Source of the DNA: Trichosphaerium sp. ATCC 40318
Lineage: Eukaryota > Protista > Tubulinea
NCBI GenBank assembly: GCA_038496445.1
Contig: JALMLS010000416.1
Location: 1-64,000 of the forward strand
DNA: 64,000 nt
Reading direction: 5' to 3'
Position numbers and translations under genes: made by a program. The notes under the pieces were generated by a model. The model was not told where the DNA came from. It made no database searches and was given only the letters and a program-made list of their open reading frames with translations. Shown one piece after another: positions 1 through 12,190 of this stretch (positions are counted from its first letter, which is position 1; the number at the start of each line of letters is the position of its first letter).

Positions 1-495
1 TAAGATTATTTTATATCTCATAGTCATGAATAGATATGAAAATAAACAATATCTCATTATGTTGCCATGTATGTATAGATATGAATTTAAATTACATTTA
101 GCTACACATGATATACTAAAAACTTTGTGTATATGAGAAATGTCATACATATTTTTTTTGTAAAAAAAAAGCCAATTACAAACTCAAAATTGCTTACATC
201 TATATAACTCATCACTATGGATACCTACAAATCAATTATTGCTTGTACCATGTTTATAGGCCTAATAACATATATGTACATATAAAAGTAATTAAAAAAT
301 ACATTTGTAAATGCAACCTCCAAACACAACTGAATGGTAAAAATATTTCAAAATTTACAAAAAAAAAAAAGTTCACGTGTCGCTCACAGGCCATGTAGTG
401 TACGAATATCATTTTCGATGCTGCACACCATAATAATACATGCCTGTGCTAGCGGCACAGCATGAAAGTAGCAAAATCTAATAAAATCGAAAAAG

Positions 496-552
496 TAGAG
501 GTTTAGGTAACCTTAACCCTAACCCTACCACTTAATTTATCAAAAAACCCTA
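496..552. repeat. Telomere-like motif cluster (GGGTTTAGG followed by TAACCCTAACCCTA)
   Basis: The sequence gtagagggtttaggtaaccttaaccctaaccctacc has G-rich and C-rich telomeric motifs facing each other. Confidence 0.6.
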
Positions 553-969
553 CGCGTTCTTAATTTAGCGTTTACAAACGCATTAATTATTGTTCAGGCT
601 CTCAAAACCAAATGCGATCAAATTACTTCTTTCGTTTATGAAGACACGATGTATTTAACTTATACGTGTTATTTAGGATGTTTGTATTTTGTAATGATCA
701 ATAAATAAAATGATGTTGCATTAAAATCTGAACCAAAGTATCGAATAATATTTTGTGTAATTTATAAAGTATTTTTTATTGAAATCTACAAAAAATACAT
801 TAAGAAATGCTATAAAGAATACATAGAGAATTCTATATAAAATACATACGCAATTCCAAAAGTAATACTCTAAGATTCTATGAGTAATACTTACGGAATT
901 TCATATAAATTCAATGGGAATTAAGGAAGAGTTTTTCCGTCTACTTTTCCCATAGGAAAACAGGGTGGA

Positions 970-1269
970 TTACTTAAAAATTCCCATTTTTATTTTACTA
1001 CTGTATTGGGATGCTTCCCAATTACCAAAATTACTAATGGAACGCAGTTTGTCTAACCAATCTTCAACACTGATTTTATCAACTAACCGATCACCGGTGA
1101 ACACTCGCAGTGATCTCTTAGAAATAGACGGGTATTTTGGTGTAACATATACTGGTAGTTTATTTTCAACTAACGGACCACCTTCATTATTGAGTGCCTG
1201 TGTCGGCGCCTTAAACGTTGGTTTATACAACTCTACTGCTGCTGCGATGTCTTCTAACTGATCTAACAT
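970..1269 (-). mobile_element. Gag-like retroelement ORF fragment (probable relic)
   Basis: Intronless 99-aa ORF. LRVFTGD...SVEDWLDKL...NWE resembles the F-x-G...VEDW(L) capsid motif of Ty3/gypsy-type Gag. No pol is seen nearby. Confidence 0.4.
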
Positions 1270-1540
1270 AATCTCTTCTAACTGGTATACGGCACAGAAA
1301 CTCTTGGCTGTGAAAAACTTAACGGAAACAGATGAACTTAAATGAGAATATCAAACAGGTAAAAATCTGACTGTGTCGCCAAATGTTATGATGCTAATAT
1401 AAAGCAAAGCGTAGTTTTATTGAGGTTTGGACAATTACAAAAGGTACAAGTAGATAACAAATATTGTGGGACTTCGGTCGATAGTGTTCAGTGAAAGGTC
1501 TAAGGATATCTTCAGTGAATATTAAGTACGTAACTTAACA

Positions 1541-2160
1541 ATGCATTTCACTGTGAGGTTCATATGTACCGCTTCGCTAAATAATGCATTCCACTTTTAA
1601 ATATTGCAATTCTTATTTCACTACAATACTTTGGATTTCCTCATTTTTTCGTATAAAGCGCTTCGCTTCAAAATGCATTCCACTTTGAGGTTTATACATG
1701 TACCGCTTCGCTAAATAATGCATTCCACTTTAGGTATTATATTCTTTTTTTATTATAATATCTTGGATTTTTTCATTTTTTTCACATGAAGCGCTTCGCT
1801 TCAGAATGCATTCCACTGTAGGCACCGCATATGTGCCGCTTCGCTGAATAATGCATCCGATATTAGGAGTCGCATGCGTACCGCTTCGCTACAGTATCTT
1901 AGATTTTTTTAATTTTTTTTTCGCATTAGGTTTTGTAATATGGCGCTTCGCTTCAAAATGCATTCCACCATAATCTTTGCATGCCTACCGCTTCGCTACA
2001 TAATGCATTCCACTTTAGGTCCTGCATGTGTGCTGCTTCGCTACAAATTGTTGAATTCTATGAGTTTTTCGCTTTTTTGTTGCTTCACTACAGAATGTTG
2101 TCGTTGTGACCCTATAATATATTGCTTTGTGATATATTTCTATACAGTGCTTCGCACTGT
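1541..2160. repeat. 45-bp-period minisatellite with conserved core CGCTTCGCT-x4-AATGCATTCCAC
   Basis: GCTTCGC occurs at 1571, 1660, 1705, 1793, 1838, 1883, 1945, 1990, 2035 and 2149, mostly spaced 45 or about 89 bp. The array ends in the perfect hairpin ACAGTGC-TTC-GCACTGT (2144-2160). Confidence 0.9.
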
Positions 2161-2228
2161 TACATAGTACTATATGTATAAGTATCGGCAACATACGTTG
2201 CCTACATGCTGTTTAGCAACAACATAGA

Positions 2229-2422
2229 TCCTAACCCCAACCTTTAGGGTATAACCCTAATTATTGTTATTGCTGATTAGGGTTAGGGTTAATTCATAGA
2301 CCCAATTAGGGCTAAGGTTAGGTTTACAACCCTAATGGCAAATAGACACTATACAACAGCTAGGTTAGGGCTAGGGTTTACTATTTACAGGAAACCCTAT
2401 ATTGTTTTAGGGTTAGGGTTAT
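2229..2422. repeat. Degenerate TTAGGG/CCCTAA telomere-like repeats in mixed orientation
   Basis: Contains ttagggtataaccctaa, gattagggttagggttaa, taggttagggctagggttt...aaaccctat and ttttagggttagggtta. Confidence 0.75.
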
Positions 2423-2653
2423 GATTTTTGCTTTTTTCACTTTTGCCATTAATTTTATTCTACATATTTCTACTGTGTGCTGATTATGCTTAAACAACGA
2501 CATTGAAATTATTATTATTTATTGGATTTTTATGGTATTTATCATTTTATAAACATTACACCAACATTTAAGTATGTATCAATTTGTAAAGAAATAAATG
2601 TTTACAGAATTACATATTTTAATAACAGAAGTTTGTACAAAACAATACTAAAA

Positions 2654-4323
2654 TTAATTGATAGAGTCCAACTCTTTTATCATCACCAAAGCATCGGCAT
2701 AGCTATCTTCTGGAGTTGAGTAATACTTATAATCCCATTCCTTAGTTTCAAACCCAAACTTTTTATACAAGTTTTGTGCTGGGAAGTTATACACGCTTAC
2801 ATGTAATGTAATCTAAATACATTAACCATTACAACTAACAATAAAATATACCCTTGCACAACCAAGAACAGGTGCAAATTCTACAATGTGACCTAGCAAC
2901 ATAGACGCAATACCTCCACCACTATACTTTTTTTTTATAGCCAAAGAAATAAGTTCCATTGTTCTATATCTGCGCATACCATAGCAACAATACCCTATAA
3001 GCAGTTACTCAATGGTTTTCTTTCAAATATAAACATACCAACAATATACGGAATATTATCTACATACACCTCAGCTACCAAGCATTGACACTTTTTGGAA
3101 TAAACAAACTTCAAAAAAGTGTCATAATCATAAGGTGTAGCAAACGCCTCTTCTTCTATGTCTAATACTGCATCAATATCACCTAAATCAAGCTCTCGCA
3201 TGGTTGCTATCAATATTAATACTTACACAACAGCAAATACAAGCACCACACCTTTAATGGGTTCACGTTTCTTCCTTGGCGGTGCAATTGGCTTTTCACT
3301 GCTGTTATAGTGTACAAAAATCTCAGTACTTTCACCAAGGCGTGGTTCCTTGCACTTTACCTACTCAATCTACTTAACAAACATGCTACAAACATCACTT
3401 TTTTATCGTACAGAGAGCGGTAGTGGCAAAGCCGCAAGTACCTGCGCTGGAACATTGTGCGACACTAAAATACGTCAAATACAAGTATCATGTGACAAAA
3501 CGTACTTTTTAATAAAATGTGTGACAACGGATGTGAATCACGCTTTGTACGCTCACAATTTTGGCACATATTGTAGTCTTTACAATTAAGGCACATGTAT
3601 CGCACACCAATTACAGGATGTTTGCATAACGAACATAACATTCCCTTGTGCACAAGCTCTTTGTCTTCTACAAAAAAATAAGCCAAACGGTTGGCTACAA
3701 CGTTGAACAAAACCGACGCCAACAAGTTTTGGCAGAAAAAAAATGTAATGGCAATGCAAAAGTAGCCACGTGGTTTTTTGCTAACACAAGACTTGACAAT
3801 GTTTTCAATGAAAAATAGAGAGTCTTTTTGTAGCGCTTGCTGTACGTGTGGTTGGGGATCAGAACACGTGCCTGTGTCGTCAATATTGGAGCACATGATA
3901 TCAAATTGCAAATTTGGCCTTGAGCAAACACTGTGAGTACTAAAAAGGCCATATTGAACTTAGCACCTGTCATTGCGCTTGGGTATGGGCCTAAACAGAG
4001 TAAGTGGTGGCACTTCAAGTTGTACAATAAAATTACGTTATTATTTTCATAAATAAGTGCCGTTCATCATGTGCCTTGCACTCTAGGTATGTTTGTTCGC
4101 AATATTCGCTATAAAACACGAATTAGTGGATGAATACTATAAAACAGGCAAATACGCACCACAGATCGTAGTCATCGCAGCTCATACACTTGTAGCGAGC
4201 GCCAAAGATAGGAAAGTCACATACATCGCATATAGCGCCCAAACTGAGTTGCTTTAGCTGTAAATTGGTGCTAGCCTATTCGCTAACTTGTAAAAAACAA
4301 ACGCCAGCAGTCGAACGCACCAT
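2654..4323 (-). CDS. Tandem ZZ zinc finger + GNAT (RimI/Naa-like) N-acetyltransferase, multi-exon
   Basis: Spliced product starts M|[33 protein letters not shown]|EYCE (ZZ1). It continues with [30 protein letters not shown] (ZZ2), then [24 protein letters not shown]...[23 protein letters not shown]...DALVM (GNAT). Stop is at 2654. Confidence 0.8.
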
Positions 4324-4473
4324 TTGTTGCGAATATTGTGTTGTTTGTTTTAGTTTCTTTTAAAAAAAACGCCTGGAAACCTATGTTCATTGAAATGTAC
4401 GCCAAATCTACTTTAACAAACAGTCAAACACGCACAGGTTAACGCCATCCCATGGTCATTCGTTAACAAACAC

Positions 4474-7400
4474 ATGGCAAACACCAATACTGACAACGTA
4501 CCCGAGAACTACCAAACGACAAAATTGTTATCTAACCCCTTTTTTTTTTTCAACTATAGACCCACTCGCTCGCGTCCTTCCTATCAGCGTTAGGTCTTGA
4601 TTGTTTTATTGACGTGTTTGCAGCTTTCCACGTCAACCTCTTGAGGGATGTAAACAGACTAGATAAACGCCATCTGGGCGTTATGGGCATTGATCCAGCT
4701 GTTTTAGAGCTATTGTCTCTTATGAGCTCCACGCGAGGTAGAACAGGCCCTTTCGCTTAGAAAAACGCAAAGAGATAACAAAAATGTAGATATCATGGGC
4801 GCAAAGTTTCCGAAACTTAAAGGTGTCCTACCACTAGGGTACGGCGCAATCTATACGCGAACACGCCAATCTAAAACGCAACAAAAACACATAATTTTTC
4901 TTTGGCGTCAAAAAGGTTAAAAAAAGCACGTGACTGAAGCCTCACCTTTTTTTATAGGACCATAAATTTGAATGAGCTTTTTCCATTTTTTCGTGACGTT
5001 GTGACACAAGATGTATGTCCGAGTGACTTTTTCGAAACACTATCAGGCGTTATGCTGAGCTCCAAGCGCGAAGATATGATCATACCACGCATAATTAATT
5101 TACCGTACTGTGGATACACAGATCCAAAAACAAACTCGCCTCGCAGTGGCCGTGCTACAAGCATTGTATCAGCGGTCATTGGCATGTCCGGAGATCAAGT
5201 TGCGCGAAAAATAAGTTCCTGGCTGATGACCAGCAATGGCGTGCTCAATATTAACTTACAACACTCACGTCTCACTGGAGATGGACTGGGTAAGATGAAA
5301 TTCTAAACTTAATAGCAAACAGTGTCACATCCTTATAGGTGAACTTGTGAGTGCCATTCAGAATTCTCCAACTAGAAACACACTCCAACAAATAGACCTT
5401 TCGCACAACGGAATAGACGACGCTGGTATCCTTATTATAACGCCTCTTATTTACCACACGCCTTTACGCAGATTGTATTTATCACACAATCTCATCAAGA
5501 GTGGCGGAGCCAGTTCAATATTCAATATGGCAGCGCAAATGTCGGATGTTATCCAACTAGAATTACTTGATCTTTCTCACAACACTTTACTGGACAGTGA
5601 GTCACTGAGAAGCTTAGTAAGACTCCTGAAGACAAACACTTCCATAACAAGCATCAATTTGGAAAAGACTTGGCCGAGTAAAGTTGCACTATCAAATGTT
5701 TACAGTCTGATTGAAGCCTTGGCGCTTAGCGACACATTGAAAAGAGCTAAAATTACTCTACCTGAAACTCTGCCTACATCCAAAATCATTACTTTCCAAG
5801 CAAAACGCAGCCTGGAATATCTAGACATAGCGGGATGTGCACCCACCACACCAAGGTCGCCAATACGACGTCGTAAGGGATCATTTCTTCGCAAAAAGAA
5901 ACGAAGTGATTGCAACTTGACAGCGTCAATGGGGCGCGCTCCAACTGTAAAGTTAATCGAGTCTGTCATTGGATCAAACTTAAAACTGAAGTATTTGACA
6001 CTTGCTGATAACAATCTAAACTGTGCGTATTCGCAATTATATCAATATGTTTCTGACTATGTTAAGCCCTAAATCTCGTTGCTCACAAGCTATACGCCCT
6101 TCCTGACTTGACAGCGCTTGATCTTGGGGGCTGCAATATACAATGTGAGGCTTTTATGATTCTCTTTCAACAAGGATTATCCAAAGCAGCTAAGAATATC
6201 CGGTGGCTAAACCTTAGCAATAATAGCTTGGATTGTGCGTTATAGGCTAACTAAAAATTAACATGTAATAATTTAATGTAGGCTCAAAAAAAACTGCTTT
6301 CGATTTCTTGGAGGTTGTACTGACATCTGACATACAACACTTGAACTTGGCCAATAATGTTATAAAGGCGCTACCTAAAATGAATATCTCACCTCATTTA
6401 ACTGTGCTCAATCTCTCAAATTGTAGTATAGGTGAGTTCTTTTTTAAAACCACTTCTACCAAATATTATCCTACATGTAAACACTCTAATTTACCTGATA
6501 GAGCATGCAACAATTGAGTTAGTAGCATCATTGTTAGATTCACGCAATCAACTACAATCGCTAGATTTGTCTAATAATAGTATTTCAGAAGAGTCATTTG
6601 CGATACTATCACGTGCCCTTATCAATAACCAAAGTGTAAAAGTTTTAAATATAGCACAAACTGATAAAAAGGGACTATCAGGCAGAAGCATCTGTGACGT
6701 TATAAGATTTAACAATTTCATTCACGTGCTGAATATTAGTGGAAATAGGATTGGAGAGCGCAACTCAAAAGTACTAACTTACGCTATTGAAACAAACACA
6801 AGCCTTTATGTACTTAAAACGTGCGACTGTGCAATTTCAGGTGGGGACAACTCATGGAAGCAATCGTTTGCTAAAAGATTCGACAAAGTACTCAATCCTT
6901 CTTTTGTTGGTACAGTACTAAAAAGAAATCCGTGTAGGTTTGCTCGAGAAAATCTAAACCACTGCGTCAAAGCTTTTCTGCAATGTCATACGATGTCGCT
7001 CTAAAATACTTGAAGTCGAAATCAAGCCGCAATATAACAAAGTTGGATCTAAGGTACATACTAGTGCTCTTATCCAATTACTTTTAAATAATTCTTAATA
7101 GTCGAAGCGTATTAATAAATGTACCTGAAGAAATTTTCAAACTGGAACAGCTCATGTGGCTCGATGTGCGCTCAACTGGTGTCACAAAACTTTCAGGATC
7201 AATATGTACAACATAACAACACAAAATTGCCCGTTTTAACACCATTCCTAGCGTCCTTAACAAGCTTAACAACCTTATTGCTATCATCTAACAAGATAGA
7301 GTCTTTACCGTATCAATTGTGCCACTTGACTAAGATAAAAGAGCTTCATATCCTTAATAATCCATTGTCACTAATACCGCCAGAAGCACTACAAGACTTT

Positions 7401-10400
7401 CAAACGTTGACTGTTCCATTCACATCATCACGTTTATTTACATATCTATCTTCACTGGAGTTAAGCACAGACAAAAATATTAAATACATGAAGACAAAAC
7501 TTATGATTGTTGGTGATGCTGCTGTACGAAAATAATGATATAGTGCTTGTTATATTACTCTCCATTAACTTTTCTTACAGGTTGGGAAAACGTCACTATC
7601 ACTAGTGCTAAAACGAAACCGATACTTATTGTATACACTACCTACGTTAAATCAAAATGTATCCACAGATGGTATTAACATAACGCAATGTGTTATCAAA
7701 GGTTCAGGCAGTAAACGAATCCTAGTGGACTTCTGGGATTTTGCAGGTATCTCAAAGCACATAACGAGAAAGTTTCTAACACCGCAAAGGTCAGGAAATA
7801 TACTACACAACACACTCTCTATTTTTAAGTTCGAGAGCGATGTATGTGATAGTATTTGACATTACAAACCCAAATCTTCTCACAGTGGAACATTGGATAA
7901 AGGCTATTCGCATTCGGTGAGTATTACTTGACACCAACAGGCGAGATATCTTGTCTTATCTTTCTAGTGCTGGAAACAATACACCGATTTTGATAGTCGG
8001 TAACAAAGGAGATATGGTGAGTGACGCACAGGCGCAAGAAACTATAAGAGCTGTCAGAAAGAAATATAGGTCTTTTCAAAATATTGTTGGCTTTCTCGTA
8101 ACAAGTTGTAAGGACGCCAAGGTATATAATCACTAACAGCAGAAACAATACTGACGCATTATAGGGAATGAAAACTGTCAAGAATGCTATCATAGCTGCA
8201 TGTGAGAAGTACCGATTGGTGGGTTATGATCTTCCTAACTCGTACCTGACGCTTGAAGATACTTTGTCAACGCTAAATCAGGTACCCAACAATTTGTGTT
8301 GTTACTGGGTTAACTGTTTTTAGCCGTTCATATCATGGTCTAAATTTTGTACATTATGTAAAAATGCTGGCATCGCAAAAGGACATGCAAAGAACGCTGC
8401 TGTTGCACTTTCGAACACAGGTAACCAAATGAAAAACTTAAACACGTGACTTAGTGACCCCTTTTTATAGGTACAATATTGTACTTCGAAAATCAACGGA
8501 ATGCACTGGCAGATATTGTATTCTTGAGCCCTCAATTCTTATGTGACGTATTTTCTGAAGTGGTGCGTAATCTACCTACAAAGCCACATCCTAATTTGAA
8601 TAGGTAACTACGAAACATACTTGGATTAAAGAGGGTATCGTAACCAAAGATATCCTTATGGTCCATCTGTGGAAAACATGCTCGCTAGACATTAAACTTA
8701 AACTATTCCAACTACTAAAAGACTTTGATATAGTCTACAGCCTACCTGGTACTACTAGCATACTATTCAAGATAAATAGCTAAACTATTCTTTCAGGCGA
8801 GGGCTCACAACTTCTTATCCCGTGCCTGTTGTCATCCGCAGTTGCTCCTGAATCTTATGACCCAAGGCAAAAGATTCTATAATACTCTTTGTAACTAACT
8901 CCTCTCCAGTGATGATACGAAAAAGAAATATAGGCGAGATTACAGGTTCAGGTTTATGCCAATTGGTTTTGCGAGTAGAATGATCGTAAGGTAAATCAAT
9001 CACAAACAAAGGATAATTAAATATTGTAAAGTTCTTACACGTATTAGATGCTTACATCTATCATCAGTAACTACAGTTGGATACTGGAAAAATGGAGTAG
9101 TGCTAGCCCGCAATGATGAGAAATGTGTACTAGGTAGTAAACCATTTTTAAAAGGTTGATTAATGAACATAAAACAGAATATGACATGGCAACACATAGA
9201 CTTACAATGGATTTCTTGTCTACTGACAGCATATCGCTTGTCATTGATGTTATTAGAAGTATGGATGACCTAATTAACGATTGGTTTCAAGGTACAACAA
9301 TAGTCCTACGACAGAACGCTAACAATAACTTGTCCAACAGGAGTACAGTATTCTGCCTATGTTTCCGCACTTCCGCTGGGCAAAATGGATACGTTCACTA
9401 CCCACGAGGTCGCCAAGGGCATTGCGGATGGGACAGGCGTCGTAGTATGTCAGGATGGCACTAAGCTTTCGTAAGTCATTTTGTCCGCACTCCTACTCTA
9501 ACAGCTATAAACGTAGTGTACAAGATCTTGCGCCTGACTTGGCACTTTCTGACCTTCATGATTTTGTCATTCCATTCTCGGACATAGAAATGGGTGAGAT
9601 GATTGGCCAAGGCGGTTTCGGGGCAGTGTATAAGGCTAAATACAAGGGTGATGATGTAGCTGTGAAACAGCTAAACTTTAGTGACATGACTGATGGTATT
9701 GATGCTGCTGAAATGGTAGTTGAGTTCCATCACGAAGTGCGTGTAATGATGTATGCTGGGAAAAAAAAAAACCAGAAGAACCATCTAAACTAAAGTTTTA
9801 TTAGATTATTACAGCACCCCAACATTGTAAAACTTATTGGTTTAACAATGCAACCATTAACAATGGTCATGGAGTTCCTACCTCTGGGTGATCTGAATGA
9901 TTTTATTCAAAAGAATCCAGTAAGCAACAAAATGAATAAACAGCTCATGTACACAAAAAACTAACCAAGTTTGTTTGCAGGACATAACATGGGAATATAA
10001 ATTAAAAGTAGCATTGGACATTGCAAACGGAATGAATAGAATGCACTGTTTCAATCCTCCTCTTATACATAGGGACTTGAAAGCTGAGAACATCTTGGTA
10101 AGCAAACAAAACGTATTTACTCAGCTTGTTTTGATATCTTAAATAGATGGTTTCAGCAGATGTGAATGCCCCTGTTGCTGCAAAGATAACTGATTTTGGT
10201 ACTGCAGCCTTTGTGCTACAGAAACTGAAGCGTCCTGTTGTGTTAAACACTCAAATTCTTGCACCAGAAATACTAAAAGGAGAGTCATACTCTGTGCAGA
10301 GTGATGTATATAGCTTTGCTATCATACTATGGAGATTATGGACATGCACATTTCCGTATGATCCATCCACCATTATTTTCTTTCTGACATCGACACTTGC

Positions 10401-11943
10401 TTAGATATGACGAATACCATAGCACTAGTAAATGGAAACTACAGGCCATGATAATAGAAAAGCACACACGGTAAGATCGGGTAACCTCCATGGTTTATTA
10501 TTGACCTCCCACACAGCCCTCGCATACCAGAAACTCAAGGCCTCAAGGGCGAGAGATTGTACCAACGTTTAGTCGAAGAATGCTGGCACCCTTCTCCACT
10601 GTCTCGACCACCGTTTCACGAAATTGTCAACCGGCTTTTTGACATTGCACAAACAATACTTGTTGGCGATGAGGATGGTAAGTATGACCCCTTTGCATTA
10701 ATCAACTAATGTTATATCAGTCGTGGATGAATCTTTAATGTTGGCTCTACAATCATTGGAACAAAGCGCCAGTTGGGCATATGATGTCATAAACAAGCCT
10801 CAACAAGTGAATTGCTGTTGCTCTGTAGATAGCACGTATGTTATATTTGGCTGTACAACTGGAGAGCTCGTGTTATATGATGTTGATGTTCGTATATACT
10901 TCTAAACAACTCCTCACTAAAACGTTTGTTAGGAGCAAGCAGTACTCCAACAATCTCCAGTCCACAATGACAAAGTGTTGAATGTAGTCGCAAAAGGAAG
11001 TCTTGTGTGGAGTACATCAGATGATCTCACAGTTAAAGTATCAGCTAAAGAGGTAAGATTGTAATCTTTAATTGAGAAACAGCTAACTTTTTTGTCCCAT
11101 TGAAGACGCTTGTTGTCTTGGCTAGTATTCTGGTACAGTACCCAATTTCATCCTTAGTAACATGGAACACATCTTCAGTCATTGTTGGTTCTGCAATAGG
11201 AGCTATAAGTACAATTGAATATTCAGGAAGCCAGGTACACAAAACAAACAAATGTTATTTTAACAAAAAATAGCGCTTATCTCTCACCACGAAACTGGAG
11301 CTCGAGAATCCAATAACATGCATTTGTATCAAAGATGATAAAGTATGGATAGGGAATAATCACGGAACCATTTACGTCACTGACCAGGTTAGCCTGCACA
11401 AATACACGTGTTTCACTCTTCCAATTGATTTTTAAATATAGGAATTCTCATGTCTAAACAAGTTCCAAAGTCACAAAACACGAGTGAATACAATTATAAG
11501 TATTGCTGATAAGCTGTGTACAGGTTCAGATGATGGATATATAAAAATATGGAAAGATACGCACAAAACAGGTTCGACTTACCCCTTTAATTTTTCTTTT
11601 TGTGCCACTTGTCTAAAATGATACTAGGCGATACTGCGCTCAAACTACAGCAAAGCAATAAAGCAGTGAATACAATAGCTGGTATTGGTGGTATAGTTTG
11701 GGTTTTGGAGGAAGGCAGCGATGTACAACTTTGCAATGAAGTGCGTAAGCTTTTTATCAGCGCTTCTAACCTTTTGCTCTTTAGAACCTTGATTTAATTA
11801 ACACTTTTGCCGATGTACATAACTCTAAGGTCAAAAGTCTATGTATTGTCAACAGTAATGCTATCGTTACATTTGATATATCTGGTATTGCAAAACTCTG
11901 GATAAAGGATAGCAGTGAAGTGATAAGACAATCAAGATACTAA
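4474..11943 (+). CDS. Roco-family protein kinase: SAM - LRR - Roc GTPase - COR - TKL kinase - WD40 (LRRK2/Pats1-like), many introns
   Basis: LRR exons (LQQIDLSHNGI, LDLSNNSI). Roc motifs: GDAA|VGKTSL, STDGINI, FWDFAG|QEIYY, GNKGD. COR region follows. Kinase motifs: GQGGFGAVY..VAVK, HRDLKAEN, DFG, APE. WD-like C-terminal exons (TGSDDGYIKIW). Exon 2 is SAM-like. Confidence 0.9.
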
Positions 11944-12190
11944 CTAATGCCATAAAACTGGAAAACAAAAATAAAAAAAAAACCAGCTAACTAGTCACGT
12001 GGGACATGAATAACATGTTTTATATCACAATCTTTCAAAATATTTATCATTAACACAAAACAACCAAACAAACAAATTGAAAAAGAAAAAAAGAAAACCA
12101 TCACCTGCTGTGTAAAGGGAGTGTTTGATTTTAGTTTTCTTTTTTTTTTCCTTTTTTGTTGTGTTTGTGAAAAAGGGGAGAGATTTAAAA

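Noticed and set aside
496-552. True chromosome telomere or telomerase RNA template
   Set aside because: There are only about 2 perfect units, in mixed orientation and at an internal position. No other telomerase RNA features can be supported.
1541-2060. CRISPR array (26-bp conserved repeat with ~19-bp variable spacers)
   Set aside because: The spacers are homologous to each other (agg...gcatg.gtac) and too short. There are no cas genes and the context is eukaryotic, so this is a diverged minisatellite.
1940-2167. 75-aa ORF within the repeat array
   Set aside because: It is a translation of the minisatellite with no coding signature.
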